A DNA stretch of 64,000 nt from Desulfobacterales bacterium (GCA_963674755.2 CAXXVS010000003.1:2272001-2336000), one strand, 5' to 3'; positions 12,088 to 22,716 are shown, counted from the first letter of the stretch. Program-made: numbers and translations. Notes: generated by a model from the sequence alone, not told the origin.

Positions 12088-13119
12088 CTACTGCTTGACT
12101 TTGGTCCAGACCTTGTCCAGCAGCCGGATGGCTTTTTCCGAGCACTGGGGATGGAAATGGACCGGAACGCCCTCCGGCACGGTGAGTTCGGGCGCGCCCC
12201 GCAATTCTTCTTTCAGGAATGCTTCACTGCCCTTGATGGCGTTGGCGTAGCCGGAGAAATTGGTCTGGAGGGCGGCGTTTTCCGGCTGCAGCATGAAGAC
12301 CATGAATTTGATGGCGTTTTCCCGGTTCGGGGCGCCCTTGGGAACGGCCAGGTTGTCGGCCCAGCCCAGGATGCCTTCCTTGGGGTACATGTATTTGATG
12401 TCGGGGTTGGCCTTGCGGGCCCGCATGGCAGAGCCGTTCCAGCAGCCGGACATCATTACGTCGCCGGACACCAGACGCTCGTGAATGCCCTCGGAGCTGT
12501 ACACCTTGACATAGGGTTTCTGGGCCATCAGAAGATCGAGGACTTCCTGCATCTGGGCGGGGTCTTCGTTGCACTGGGGATAGCCCTTGAAAACCAGGGC
12601 CAGGTTGGTGTTCTCCTCGGAGGAGTCGAACATGCCGATTTTGCCTTGCAGTTCGGTCGGTGGCATGAAGAGGGTGGCCAGGGTGTCTTCGGAGGGGTTG
12701 TAGGCGGAGGTGTTCAGGCAGAAGGAGGTGCTGCCGTAGTTCCAGGGGACGGTGTATTCGTTTTTAGGGTCCCAGGGAGGGCCTTTCATGGCATCCACGA
12801 TATTGTCGTAGCCTTTGAAGCTGGCGGCGTCGACCTTCTGGATCAACCCTTCGTCGATCAGGATGGTGACGAAGTTGTGGGTCGGTACGATGATGTCGTA
12901 GGCCCCGCCGCCGGATTTCAGCTTGGCCAGCAGGGTTTCGTTGGAATCGTAGATGTCGAGGGTCACCTTGATGCCGGTTTCCGCCTCGAATTTCTTGATC
13001 AGATCGGGGGCCGTGTAGTCCGACCAATTGTAGAGGAAGAGCTCCCCTGCGGCCAGGACCGGGCCGGCGGAAACCACGAGGACCAGCAGACACGCCATGC
13101 ATACAGCTATCCGTCTCAT
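12088..13119 (-). CDS. potD: polyamine ABC transporter substrate-binding protein
   Basis: Signal peptide; YNWSDY, FEAETGIKV..YDSNE, PKEG..W.DN; RBS AAGGAG upstream of 13119. Confidence 0.88.
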   Translation of the reverse strand: MRRIAVCMACLLVLVVSAGPVLAAGELFLYNWSDYTAPDLIKKFEAETGIKVTLDIYDSNETLLAKLKSGGGAYDIIVPTHNFVTILIDEGLIQKVDAASFKGYDNIVDAMKGPPWDPKNEYTVPWNYGSTSFCLNTSAYNPSEDTLATLFMPPTELQGKIGMFDSSEENTNLALVFKGYPQCNEDPAQMQEVLDLLMAQKPYVKVYSSEGIHERLVSGDVMMSGCWNGSAMRARKANPDIKYMYPKEGILGWADNLAVPKGAPNRENAIKFMVFMLQPENAALQTNFSGYANAIKGSEAFLKEELRGAPELTVPEGVPVHFHPQCSEKAIRLLDKVWTKVKQ

Positions 13120-13240
13120 TGCAGCATCTCCTTTCATGAATGGGGGAACAGCCAGGTAGGAACGGCATTTCTCCTACCATGTCGGCCCCGGAGGATTCAA
13201 GCGCTATATGAAGACGGGGGACATTTTTTATTGGACTGAT

Positions 13241-13270
13241 GCGGCAGCCCCTGTCGAGGGGTTCTGCCGC
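13241..13270 (-). terminator. GC-rich hairpin downstream of the 13294-13590 gene
   Basis: GCGGCAG-CCCCT...AGGGG-CTGCCGC inverted repeat; no clear U-tract. Confidence 0.4.
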
Positions 13271-13293
13271 GGCGACGGGGGCAACCGTCAGCT

Positions 13294-13590
13294 TCAGCCG
13301 GCCAAATGACGGATCAATTTTGCGGCTTCATCGATGCTGGCGGCGGGATGAATTTCGAAATGGACAAAGGGTGTGTACTGCTCGGTCATCTTCATGACCT
13401 CCAGTGTGGAGCCTTCGACAATGCTGTAGCCCCTGCCTTCCGAGGGGAAAGTGCCCCAGTCTCTGAGAATCCCTTTCTCCCGGTCGTTTTTAACCATGTC
13501 CATCAGAATTTCCCAGCCCTTGCCCCGCTCGCGGGGGTCGATGGGGATACGGGCCGGGTCCAATGTCCAAAGTAGAAGATATTTGCTCAT
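13294..13590 (-). CDS. small conserved hypothetical protein (DUF3303-like)
   Basis: RBS GGAG; DWGTFPSEGRGYSIVEG...PFVHFEIHP resembles this family from memory. Confidence 0.7.
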   Translation of the reverse strand: MSKYLLLWTLDPARIPIDPRERGKGWEILMDMVKNDREKGILRDWGTFPSEGRGYSIVEGSTLEVMKMTEQYTPFVHFEIHPAASIDEAAKLIRHLAG

Positions 13591-14158
13591 GGTAAGACTC
13601 CTGTGGTTCATCGGGCGTTAAAATCAAGGATCGTGGCCATCAAAACGGTGGGCAGCCTCCGGGGAACACCTGCTTTTCCACCGGAGGCCTCGACCGGGCA
13701 GTTTAAGATATCTCATTGGTTTCCCTCCCTTGTTCAAAGGGCCGATGTGCGGACGAGGGGAACGCTTGACAAATGAGCGGGTTTTTCTGAAAGCGTAGAC
13801 TAATTCGACGGTGGTGCCACGGTTGGGCGGCGTCGGGGTGTCATATCTGTAGAAAGATCGCTTCGGGTGAAAGCAGGGGGGGGGGGGCGAAGAACGTCAA
13901 ATCGGCCCTGAATGGATATTATGGTTACATCATAAGACTGAACGCAACCGATGCCACATGACAACGTGAAAATTTCAACCGTCCCAACGGTGGAGCATGT
14001 GGTGGGATATTCCCAGGCGCTGGTGGAAGCGCATTTCTGAGAGGCGATCCGTTGCGTCTGGCTGAAATCGTCTTACTCTAATCCAAAGCCGACCAGGGAT
14101 CCTGGGGCCCTGCGAAAGCAGCGCCGCCTTTCCCTCCCAATATGTGACGGAGAAACGA

Positions 14159-14716
14159 ATGAAAACGCGACAGATCAAGGAGTTGATGGTCCCTATCTCG
14201 GACTATGCCACCATCCACGAAGACGCCACCATCGCGGCGGCCATTGAAGCACTCGAAAATGCCAACAAGCGTCATGGCGACAAACCCTATCGCCATCAGT
14301 CCCTGGTCGTCGTCGATGCCGACCGCCATGCCGTGGGCCGCCTGAGCCAGGTGGATATCATGCATGCCATGGAGCCCCGTTACAAGGATCTGGGGGACGC
14401 GCGTTGGATCGGCCGGTCGGTGCTTACCCGGCATGCCCTGGTTGTCCTGCGAGAGAAATTCCATCTCTGGGAGCAGCCCCTCGAAGAAATCTGCCGGATC
14501 ATCGATACCCAACGGGTTAAGAATTTCATGCAGATTCCCACCGAAGGTGAATTCGTGGAGGAGACCGACACCATGAACATCGCGATGCACCGCATTGTCA
14601 TGGGGCGCCATCACAGCCTGTTGGTCACCCGCAACAAGGAAATCGTCGGTATCCTGCGCTCCACCGACCTGTTCAACACCCTTTACGATATGATGGAAGA
14701 GTGCCCCATACGCTAG
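14159..14716 (+). CDS. CBS domain pair protein
   Basis: IKELMVP..., LVVVDAD..VGRLSQVDI, LLVTRNKEIVGILRSTDL. Confidence 0.88.
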   Translation: MKTRQIKELMVPISDYATIHEDATIAAAIEALENANKRHGDKPYRHQSLVVVDADRHAVGRLSQVDIMHAMEPRYKDLGDARWIGRSVLTRHALVVLREKFHLWEQPLEEICRIIDTQRVKNFMQIPTEGEFVEETDTMNIAMHRIVMGRHHSLLVTRNKEIVGILRSTDLFNTLYDMMEECPIR

Positions 14717-15250
14717 GTGTCGGTACCCCGCTAATTGCCCTGCACAGGGTCCGCTTCCGCAGGGGATTCCCGTCGGCCCAGGTCATGTTTTCCGAACGGC
14801 CATTCGACCACAAACACCAAGCGGTCCCTGAGGCGGACGAAACCAAGAGGCCAACCCCATGGCCATCGATATCGCCACCACCATGATCGATCGAATTATC
14901 GGCCGGCGCCGGCGGTGAGGATGAGCCCTCTTTTAAATCGTCCGACCACTGAGGATGACGGCCTATCCTTGCGGGAATTTGAGATTCAGTGCGGCATTGC
15001 GCTTTCAGGGCAGGCATGCTATCCGGATTCAGGGACTGCCCCGGGCGGCCCTGTCCGACATCTGATGCTCCTGCCCTCCAGCCCTGGCTGATTTCGACGA
15101 AGTCCTGCCGCCCTATGTCCCACGACCGATGGGACGACGACCGCACCCGTGCAAGTGGCTGCATCTGCACACGACAGCTTGGTAATCGCACGGTGACGCG
15201 CAAGCGATTGAGCGTTTGTTTCATTCTCACACCAACAAGGGAGGGAAACG

Positions 15251-16255
15251 ATGAAAAAGGTCATGCTTTTTGTGGTGCTGTTGGTGCTGGTGGGCGCTCC
15301 CCTGGCCCAGGCGGCAGGCGGCGCTTCGGCCGAAAAGGCGAAAGCCGAGGGCAAGGCCGTCTTCTACGCCAACATAACGGCCATCGAACCGATCATGGAC
15401 GCGTTCAGCAAGACGTACGGCGTGCAGGGGGAATACACGCGCATTTCCACTTCCAAGTTCTTCGCCACCGTGTCCACCGAGCACCAGGCCGGCAAGCTGC
15501 TGGCTGATGTGCTGCAATCCCCCCTGCCCATCATGGATCTTCTGGAAAACCAGGGCGTGCTCACGGCCTACGCCTCACCTTCGGCCGCGGCCTATCCGGA
15601 GTGGACCCGCAAGGACCCCAAGATTCAGATTTTCGGCATCGAATATGTGGCCCTGATCTATAACAAGGAACTGGTCAAACCGGCCGACGTTCCCAAACGT
15701 TACGAGGACCTCACCGACCCCAAATGGCGCGACAAGATCGTCATGGCCAACCCGTCCTCCCATGCCACCACCATCTCCTGGCTGGTGGGCTTGAAGGAGA
15801 AGGTCTTCCCCTCGGAAGCGGCCTGGATGGATTTCCTGAAAGGCCTGGCGGCCAACAAGCCCATGTTCGTGCGCTCTTTCGGACCCACCCCGGCCCCCGT
15901 GGAAAGCGGCGAGAAGCTGATCGCCATCTCCATGCCCAAGTATATCATCACCAAAGCCCCGGCCCCCCTGGACTGGGCCCATGTGTCGCAACCCCTGCTG
16001 GGCACCCCTCGGGGGATCGGCCTTTCCGCCACTGCGCCAGACCCCGAGGCCGGCAAGTTGTTCATGGATTTCTGGCTGTCCAAGGCGGCCATGCAGATGC
16101 TGGCCGACCAGGTGGGCGAATACGTCCTGCACCCGGGCGTCTATCCCCCCATCGCGGGCATCGACAAGGCCGAGGTCCTGCCGGTGCGCACGCTTTCCGA
16201 CGCTGAAATCCGAAAGTGGGGCGCCGAATTCAAGAAGATTTTCGACGTGCCCTGA
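15251..16255 (+). CDS. ABC transporter substrate-binding protein (Fe3+/AfuA-like cluster)
   Basis: Signal peptide, AKAEGK, YNKELV..P..YEDLTDPKWRDKI. Confidence 0.85.
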   Translation: MKKVMLFVVLLVLVGAPLAQAAGGASAEKAKAEGKAVFYANITAIEPIMDAFSKTYGVQGEYTRISTSKFFATVSTEHQAGKLLADVLQSPLPIMDLLENQGVLTAYASPSAAAYPEWTRKDPKIQIFGIEYVALIYNKELVKPADVPKRYEDLTDPKWRDKIVMANPSSHATTISWLVGLKEKVFPSEAAWMDFLKGLAANKPMFVRSFGPTPAPVESGEKLIAISMPKYIITKAPAPLDWAHVSQPLLGTPRGIGLSATAPDPEAGKLFMDFWLSKAAMQMLADQVGEYVLHPGVYPPIAGIDKAEVLPVRTLSDAEIRKWGAEFKKIFDVP

Positions 16256-16342
16256 TCCAACGGGCGCGGTTTGCCCCGTCCTCTGAATGACTTCCCTGAA
16301 GACTGCTGGCGCGGTCTTCAGGGCTTTCCTGGAAAAGCGACG

Positions 16343-17428
16343 ATGGAAATACGCATCAGCGGTGTGAGCAAGATCTATCATTCCGAAGGCAAGCAGATCA
16401 ACGCCCTGGACCATGTCGATCTGACCATTCCGGCCAATCGGATCTTCACCCTCCTGGGCCCGAGCGGCTGCGGCAAGACCACGCTGCTGCGCTGCATCGT
16501 GGGGCTGGAGATGCCCGACGAGGGGGAAATCGCCATCGGCGAGGAGATCGTCTGGTCCCGGCCGAAGAACATCTTCGTACCGCCGGAAAAACGCGGGCTC
16601 AGCATGGTGTTTCAAACCTACGCCATCTGGCCCCACATGACGGTCTTCGACAATGTGGCCTATCCCCTGCAGGCCCGCCACGAGCCCCGGGATGCCATTC
16701 GGGAAAAGGTGGCCAAGACCCTGCAATTCGTCCAGCTGGAAGGCTTCGGGAACCGTCCGGCCACCAAGCTGAGCGGCGGGCAGCAGCAGCGGGTGGCCCT
16801 GGCCCGGGCCCTGGTGCCGGAACCCAAGGTGATCCTGTTCGACGAACCCCTCAGCAACCTGGACGCCAAGCTGCGGGAGGAGACCCGCAAGGAGTTGCGC
16901 AGCTTTCTGACCCGCCTGCAGATCACCGCCGTTTACGTGACCCACGACCGCATCGAGGCCCTGTCCCTCTCCGATTCCCTGGCGGTGATGCGGGCCGGCC
17001 GCATCGTGGAGATCGGGACACCCAAGCAGATCTATTTCGATTCCGATCAGCGCTTCGTGGCGGATTTCATCGGCCGGGCCAACCTGATCGCCGGGCAGGT
17101 AACAAGCAATGAGGGGGATGCTGCGCTTGTCGATTCCGCCATCGGCCCCATCCGCTGCCGCCGGAAGGACCGGGCCGCGCCGGGGGACAAGGTCACCGTC
17201 TGCGTACGGCCCGAGTTTATCCGGGTGACCAGCGCCCCCGGGGAAGGCCCCAACGTTTTCGAAGGCCAGGTGGCCTCTCTGGTGTTTGTGGGGGAGGCCT
17301 ATGAGGGCGAGATCAGCATCGGGGAGACGGTTCTCATCACCGAAATCGACCCCACCTCCGGCATCGGGGAGGGCGATGCGGTCTTTGTGGCCTTCGATGC
17401 GGACCACTGCGCCCTGTTGATGGGCTGA
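16343..17428 (+). CDS. ABC transporter ATP-binding protein (FbpC/AfuC-like)
   Basis: [39 protein letters not shown]. Confidence 0.9.
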   Translation: MEIRISGVSKIYHSEGKQINALDHVDLTIPANRIFTLLGPSGCGKTTLLRCIVGLEMPDEGEIAIGEEIVWSRPKNIFVPPEKRGLSMVFQTYAIWPHMTVFDNVAYPLQARHEPRDAIREKVAKTLQFVQLEGFGNRPATKLSGGQQQRVALARALVPEPKVILFDEPLSNLDAKLREETRKELRSFLTRLQITAVYVTHDRIEALSLSDSLAVMRAGRIVEIGTPKQIYFDSDQRFVADFIGRANLIAGQVTSNEGDAALVDSAIGPIRCRRKDRAAPGDKVTVCVRPEFIRVTSAPGEGPNVFEGQVASLVFVGEAYEGEISIGETVLITEIDPTSGIGEGDAVFVAFDADHCALLMG

Positions 17429-17442
17429 ATCGAGGCACGCCC

Positions 17443-19131
17443 ATGGCCGTAAGCAAAAGCAAACTGACCCCGTTCCTGATCGTCGTGGTGGGCTTTTTGA
17501 CGGTCTGCCCGGTGGTGATGCTCGTCCTGGGAAGCTTCTCTGAAGGGCTGGGCGCCTTCGGCCGTTTTACCCTGCAGAAGTATATCCAGTCCTACGGCGA
17601 TCCCGAGCTGATCGGCATCCTGGTCAACACGGTGGTTTTTACCGTCGGTTCGGGCGTGGTGGCCACCTTCCTGGCCCTTTTTCTGGCCTATCTCAATACG
17701 CGCACCAACATCCCCTTCAAGTTTCTGTTCCGCATCATTTCGATCATCCCCATGATGATCCCGCACATTCTCTTCTCCGTGAGCTGGGTGCTGCTGCTCA
17801 ATCCCTCCAATGGGCTGATCAATCTGGTCCTGAAGGAGCTGCTGCATATGGACGGCAGCCTCTTCAACATCTACACCCTGCCGGGCATGATCCTGGTGGA
17901 GGGGCTGCTGGATCTGCCCATCGCCTACCTGATCCTGGCCCCGGCCCTGGCGGCCTTCGACATTTCCCTGGAGGAGTCCTCCAAGGTCTGCGGTGCCTCC
18001 AACCTGAAAACCCTTTTCCGGGTGACGCTGCCGGTGCTGCGTCCCGCCATCCTGGCCTCGTTTATCCTGGTGATCGTGCGCAGCCTGGCTTCGTTTGCGG
18101 TGCCTTCCGTGATCGGCATGCCGGGGCGCATCTACGTGCTGGCCACCCACATCTACCGCATCATCGCCACGGGGTTTGCCGCGGACTACGGCATGGCGGC
18201 GGCCATCGGGATGAGCGCCATGGCCACTTCCATCGCGCTCATCTACATCTACCGCCACCTGACATCGGAGAGCGAGAAGTACGTCACCATCTCCAGCCGG
18301 GGCTACCGGCCGACCCTGATCGACCTGAAGGGCGCCAAAACGCCCCTTTTCGTGGTGGTGGGAATCATCTCCTTCGTCCTGATCCTGCTGCCGGTGATCG
18401 TCCTTTTCTATACCTCCCTGGTGCCCTACTCGATGATCCCCAGCGCCAAAGCCTTCAGCCTCATGAGCTGGAAGAACTGGCTGGCGGTGATCCACGATCC
18501 CATCTCGCTGCTGTCGGTCAAAAACAGCGTTTTTCTGGGTATCGTGGGCGCTACCCTGGGGATCGTGCTTTCCATCTTCGTCTCGTATGTCATCGTGAAG
18601 GTGCGCAGCACGAGTTCGGGCATCCTGGAATCCCTCAGCTTCCTCTCGTTCTCCTTTCCGGGCATCGTGGTGGGCATCGGGTTCATGTGGTTTTTCGTGC
18701 AGACGCCCTTGTACGCCACCATCTGGTCCCTGTTGATCGGCTATATCGCCACCTACCTGCCCTACGGCATCCGGCCGCTCACCAGCGCCTTTGTCCAGAT
18801 CCACAGCCACCTGGAGGAATCCTCCAAGGTCTGCGGGGCCGGGACGCTCTATACCTTGCGGCGGGTGGTGATTCCGCTGCTGATTCCCGGCATCGTTTCG
18901 GGCTGGATCCTGATGGCCACCATGTTCGTGCGGGAGCTGACCCTCTCGGTGGTGCTCTCCCGGCCGGGGACCGAGGTGCTGGCCGTGCAGATTTTCAGGT
19001 TTGCGGAGGACGGTCTGTGGGGCAAGCTTTCGGCCCTGGGGATCATGATGATTTTTATTTCAACGGGGCTGGTGGTGGCGGCCTCGCTGATCGGCGCCAG
19101 GCTGACCCGGGTGCAGACCGAGGGGGGATAG
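17443..19131 (+). CDS. ABC transporter permease with two fused membrane domains (FbpB/AfuB-like)
   Basis: Two EAA-type loops (LEESSKVCGA twice); 562 aa and hydrophobic. Confidence 0.9.
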   Translation: MAVSKSKLTPFLIVVVGFLTVCPVVMLVLGSFSEGLGAFGRFTLQKYIQSYGDPELIGILVNTVVFTVGSGVVATFLALFLAYLNTRTNIPFKFLFRIISIIPMMIPHILFSVSWVLLLNPSNGLINLVLKELLHMDGSLFNIYTLPGMILVEGLLDLPIAYLILAPALAAFDISLEESSKVCGASNLKTLFRVTLPVLRPAILASFILVIVRSLASFAVPSVIGMPGRIYVLATHIYRIIATGFAADYGMAAAIGMSAMATSIALIYIYRHLTSESEKYVTISSRGYRPTLIDLKGAKTPLFVVVGIISFVLILLPVIVLFYTSLVPYSMIPSAKAFSLMSWKNWLAVIHDPISLLSVKNSVFLGIVGATLGIVLSIFVSYVIVKVRSTSSGILESLSFLSFSFPGIVVGIGFMWFFVQTPLYATIWSLLIGYIATYLPYGIRPLTSAFVQIHSHLEESSKVCGAGTLYTLRRVVIPLLIPGIVSGWILMATMFVRELTLSVVLSRPGTEVLAVQIFRFAEDGLWGKLSALGIMMIFISTGLVVAASLIGARLTRVQTEGG

Positions 19132-19154
19132 CCTGCTCTGTACGCCGGGCGTAA

Positions 19155-19370
19155 TCAGCCTGTTTCGGGGGGCTTGTCGCCTGCCGGGTCGTTCGCAATC
19201 CCACGGAAGCGATCATGGCGGCCGTTAGGGGCTCCGAGCCGATTCCCACCCTTGCTGCGGCGGACCCTGGCTTTGAGGCGGGAGCTCTCCAGCCGAAACA
19301 TTGCCTGCCGTGTTTGGCGTAGCACCTGCCGGCGCTTCACATCGCCGTATTTTCCAAATCTTCCGCCCAT
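19155..19370 (-). CDS. small basic hypothetical protein (71 aa)
   Basis: Strong RBS GGGAGG before ATG 19370; MGGRFGKYGDVKRR... Confidence 0.5.
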   Translation of the reverse strand: MGGRFGKYGDVKRRQVLRQTRQAMFRLESSRLKARVRRSKGGNRLGAPNGRHDRFRGIANDPAGDKPPETG

Positions 19371-19527
19371 GACGTTATCCTCCCTTTTTCGAAGGTCGTC
19401 AGCCTCCGACCGTAAACGTAAAGACAGCATTTACACTTCTAAATATAATCATAGCGGATGCGGAAAACCAACCGGTTGCGCTTGCTGGAAAAGTGTCGTG
19501 AAAGGATTCGGGAGGGGAGGCGGTTCT

Positions 19528-19557
19528 TTGACAAGCACGCTTGCGGTTGATTACATT
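19528..19557 (+). promoter_or_regulatory. putative sigma-70 promoter
   Basis: TTGACA-N18-TACATT upstream of the 19714 gene. Confidence 0.4.
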
Positions 19558-19713
19558 AGTTTTGCTCGATAACTGTCACGTCTGGTGAAGGCTCTGGAGC
19601 GTTTCACCCGATCAGGAACGCTTTTTTGCAAGTGGATTCTTCCTGCGATGCGGGAGCAGACTCATTTCTGAAGACCGAGAATAAGTTGCAAATGCGAATT
19701 TGAGGGGAGGGCA

Positions 19714-20739
19714 ATGGACAGAACGGTCGTCATCAAAGCTATCCTCGGCAATGTACTGATGCGGGAGATCATCGCCATCCGTCTGGATACCCTGTGGAAA
19801 ATGCTGGGGTGGGTCCAGGCCGATGCGCTGCCGGACATCGATGAAGAAGGGGCCACCGGCAAGTTCGACAACAAGGGCGCCATCTTCGTCCCGGGCGGTT
19901 TGATCTACTGCGATGTGGACGAGAGGCCGATCGCGTATTCTTCCGAGCCGGACTGGGATGCCGCCGTTTTCCGCCGGCGCATACGGGCGGCCATGAAATA
20001 CGACAACGCCACCCTGCTTTTCCCGGACGGCGTGGCGCCGGGCGTCAACCTCGACAGCGGATTCTTTTCCCGCGCCGCCCGCCGGATCAATATGTTCAAG
20101 AAGGCCGCCTTCCGGCGCAAGAAGAAGATCGGCCCCAAGATGTCCCTGGAGATCAGCTCCGAGGACATCGTTCAGAGCCACACCCCCATCTACATGACCG
20201 GGCCCTTCGGGGCGCGCACCCGCATCAGCACCTGTATTGCCGCCGCCCTCGTGGATCCGCCCCTGTATTACGCCCACCTGAAAACGGAATTCAACCTGGA
20301 CGACGACAAGGCCCGCCGCGTTATGGACGGCATCGACCAGGCCCTGGATCCGGGCCGCGGCCGGAAGGGCAACCTCCTCTACCCGCCCTACATCGTGGTG
20401 TGTCACGACACGCGCTACAAAAAGGCCTCCCTGACCGGCTTGACCCGCATTCTGGGCATCGGCAAGTTCGGTGAATTCGCCACCTTCACCCTGGAAAGGC
20501 TCGGCCGGCGGAACATCAACGAACTCAAGCGCAAGGGGTACGATCCGGACCAGGTGGAAACCATGGCCGAAACGGACGGCATCCGCGTGGCGGGTCTCCT
20601 GCGTCTCTACGCCCAGACCAACCCCGGCAAGCGTTCGGCCCAGTATGACCTGCACGTGGTATCGCCCCGCCGGGACCTCGACCTGGACATCGCCGCCATC
20701 GAGACCGAAGCCCGCCGCCGCTACGCTATCAGCGATTAG
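19714..20739 (+). CDS. hypothetical protein, possible divergent DisA_N/diadenylate-cyclase fold
   Basis: Host-like codon usage and RBS; ordered motifs KGAIFV, KYDNATLLFPDG, FGARTR, IVVCHDT. Confidence is for the CDS; the fold call is weaker. Confidence 0.7.
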   Translation: MDRTVVIKAILGNVLMREIIAIRLDTLWKMLGWVQADALPDIDEEGATGKFDNKGAIFVPGGLIYCDVDERPIAYSSEPDWDAAVFRRRIRAAMKYDNATLLFPDGVAPGVNLDSGFFSRAARRINMFKKAAFRRKKKIGPKMSLEISSEDIVQSHTPIYMTGPFGARTRISTCIAAALVDPPLYYAHLKTEFNLDDDKARRVMDGIDQALDPGRGRKGNLLYPPYIVVCHDTRYKKASLTGLTRILGIGKFGEFATFTLERLGRRNINELKRKGYDPDQVETMAETDGIRVAGLLRLYAQTNPGKRSAQYDLHVVSPRRDLDLDIAAIETEARRRYAISD

Positions 20740-20845
20740 CTTTGATCTGAACCCTCCAGCTTTGGTGAAGGATCTGGAGCTGTCCTACCGATCCGGGGGG
20801 CTATTTCCTAAAAGAATTTTTTATTTTCTTTCACCAGAAAGAAAA
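20736..20845. repeat. truncated 5' copy of the 5431-5770 repeat
   Basis: TTAG.TT.GATCTGA.CCCTCCA...TACCGATCCGGGG...TTTTCTTTC...GAAAGAAAA aligns with 5431-5541. Confidence 0.8.
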
Positions 20846-20856
20846 TATGGATATGA

Positions 20857-20944
20857 TTGAAATCCAATCGTTTTCCTGCTAAAAACAATCATCCTCGCAA
20901 ACAAGCCGGTTAATCCCACCATACCGCGTCAGCGGTTGGCTTTC
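20857..20944. repeat. ~88-bp direct repeat, copy A
   Basis: Aligns with 33389-33475 with few substitutions and one indel. Confidence 0.9.
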
Positions 20945-21114
20945 GAGCCGCTATAAAATCGGGGCGCCGATGTTCCAAAGCCCCCGTCATCAATACGTCG
21001 GATTCCTGATGGAAAAAGGAATCTATTTCAGCCACCCGCAGTACGGTCGCCCGTTCCTATGTCGGCCGGCAGATTTTCTGTTATGAAGTTATATGATTCA
21101 GCGTATTACTAACG

Positions 21115-21294
21115 GGATGGTTAGGCGTCTTTTAGTGACATATAACCAACTTCGCCAAAATGCGATGAATAGCAGCATAAGCATCTAAATATATATGTAA
21201 TTATCGCATGGAACTGAGGAAAAATAGTGGATGGTTAGGCGTCAAAAGGTGACGCATTTGCTAAAATCATTAGGACATCTAATCTAGGTTAACT
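21115..21294 (+). other. putative attI-like region / 5' boundary of the first gene cassette
   Basis: GGATGGTTAGGCGTC (contains the GTTRRRY core) occurs at 21115 and 21229; GTTAACTGA at 21288 is a 1-mismatch complement of the attC left end TCAGCTAAC. Confidence 0.5.
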
Positions 21295-21308
21295 GAGCAA
21301 AATTCGAA

Positions 21309-22433
21309 ATGAAATCTCTGCCAAATCAAAATGACCAACCAACTACCGTGTTTATATTTGGAGCGGGCGCCTCTTATGGTGATGGTGTACCCCTCCAGGC
21401 AAATATCTTACCTCTAATAATTAAGGATGAAGATCCACAGCTTAAATACTCTGAAACGGCCAAAAGGCTTCGTGGCTTCCTTACCGAACACTTCGCTCAT
21501 GGCGAACAAACACCTTCATTGGAGGAAGTCTTTGGTTTCATAGAATTTTTTATAAATAACAATCTTTCTCTTTCAAAACAATGGGGAGTGAAAGAGCTAA
21601 TTGAAATAAAAGGTGATTTTACAAAGACTGTTCATTACCTAATCAGTAAAAACACTAAAAGAAGCGAAACATTCAGAGAGTTTTGGAAAAAGGTTCGCTC
21701 AAATGAGCCTGAAATCGGCGTAATTACGACAAATTATGATACTTTGATTGATGAAGCTTTTGATGCAATTTATCCGGAATGCCTCATTGATTATTGTCTT
21801 GATTTTGTCAATTTTAGGCACCCCAACGCCGGAGTACCTTTTGACTGGTGGATCGATCCAAAAAAACCGACTGAACACTTCGAGTACAGCAGATTAACCA
21901 GAATTAAACTAATCAAGATTCACGGTAGTTTAAATTGGAAGTATTGCTCCTGTTGTGGACAGATAGCACTTACACCATGGCAACATCAATACGATTTAAA
22001 GCTGGACTCGTTCCAATCATTTTTCGACTCTCAAATCACTGAATGCCCTTTTGATGGTGCCAGGTTGATATCTTTGCTACAGATGCCTACCCATCTAAAA
22101 TCAAACAATAATTTCATTTTTAGCAAACTCTACGATGAAGCGTCATATCTTGTAGGAAACGCAAAACAACTTGTATTTGTGGGTTATTCATTTCCAGAGG
22201 CTGATGTTCACATCCGCGCACTTGTGCGGAGGTGCTTTTCAGAGGAAGGAAAAATTATCGTTATAAATAAAAGTAGAGCCAAGGATCTAAGATACCGATA
22301 TGAAGGACTGGCAAGAAATGTAGATTATTATGAATACACCTTTGAACGGTTCGTGAAATCACGGATATTTGATGAACTACTGTCAGCTAACAAAACACTT
22401 CAGGGGACGGCTCGCTTCGCGCGCCGCTCCTGA
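21309..22433 (+). CDS. SIR2-like (SIR2_2) protein with CxxC Zn-ribbon-like insert, cassette-borne
   Basis: FIFGAGAS, ITTNYD, KIHGSLNW, CSCC...CPFD, VGYSFPEAD; AT-rich; C-terminus reads into attC. Confidence 0.9.
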   Translation: MKSLPNQNDQPTTVFIFGAGASYGDGVPLQANILPLIIKDEDPQLKYSETAKRLRGFLTEHFAHGEQTPSLEEVFGFIEFFINNNLSLSKQWGVKELIEIKGDFTKTVHYLISKNTKRSETFREFWKKVRSNEPEIGVITTNYDTLIDEAFDAIYPECLIDYCLDFVNFRHPNAGVPFDWWIDPKKPTEHFEYSRLTRIKLIKIHGSLNWKYCSCCGQIALTPWQHQYDLKLDSFQSFFDSQITECPFDGARLISLLQMPTHLKSNNNFIFSKLYDEASYLVGNAKQLVFVGYSFPEADVHIRALVRRCFSEEGKIIVINKSRAKDLRYRYEGLARNVDYYEYTFERFVKSRIFDELLSANKTLQGTARFARRS

Positions 22434-22448
22434 GCGTAGGCGTTGGGC
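22385..22448 (+). other. integron attC site (64 bp)
   Basis: AGCTAAC ... TCAGGGG-loop-CTCCTGA ... GTTGGGC (GTTRRRY). Confidence 0.85.
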
Positions 22449-22716
22449 ATTGAAAGATTGCATCTATGAATGAACTCTCTAATATAAGTACCTCTTTACT
22501 CTTTAAAAAAAACCTGAGTGAAATTGATCAGATATTGATGTTTTTTCTGGATGATATCATTCTCTAAACGGTCATTAACGGGAAAAGCTTTCCAACTCCA
22601 GTCGGCACTTGATGCTTTTGTAATCTTTTTCAATGCTCCATTTGCAGTGGTAAGATTTAAAGATATTAAGCGTTCAAAAAAAACAGGAAAATCATTAGCC
22701 AAAACGAGGATTGCAT

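Noticed and set aside
14720..15250. Riboswitch upstream of the ABC transporter
   Set aside because: Long leader, but I recognised no TPP, cobalamin or other aptamer consensus; an Rfam scan would settle it
20950..21060. Possible integron integrase remnant on the minus strand (PYCGWLK*...FFHQ)
   Set aside because: Too short, broken by a stop and a frameshift; no tyrosine-recombinase motifs
22449..22710. Short ORFs at the start of the second cassette (33 aa on +, 68 aa on -)
   Set aside because: No motifs or good RBS; could be promoter or decayed sequence
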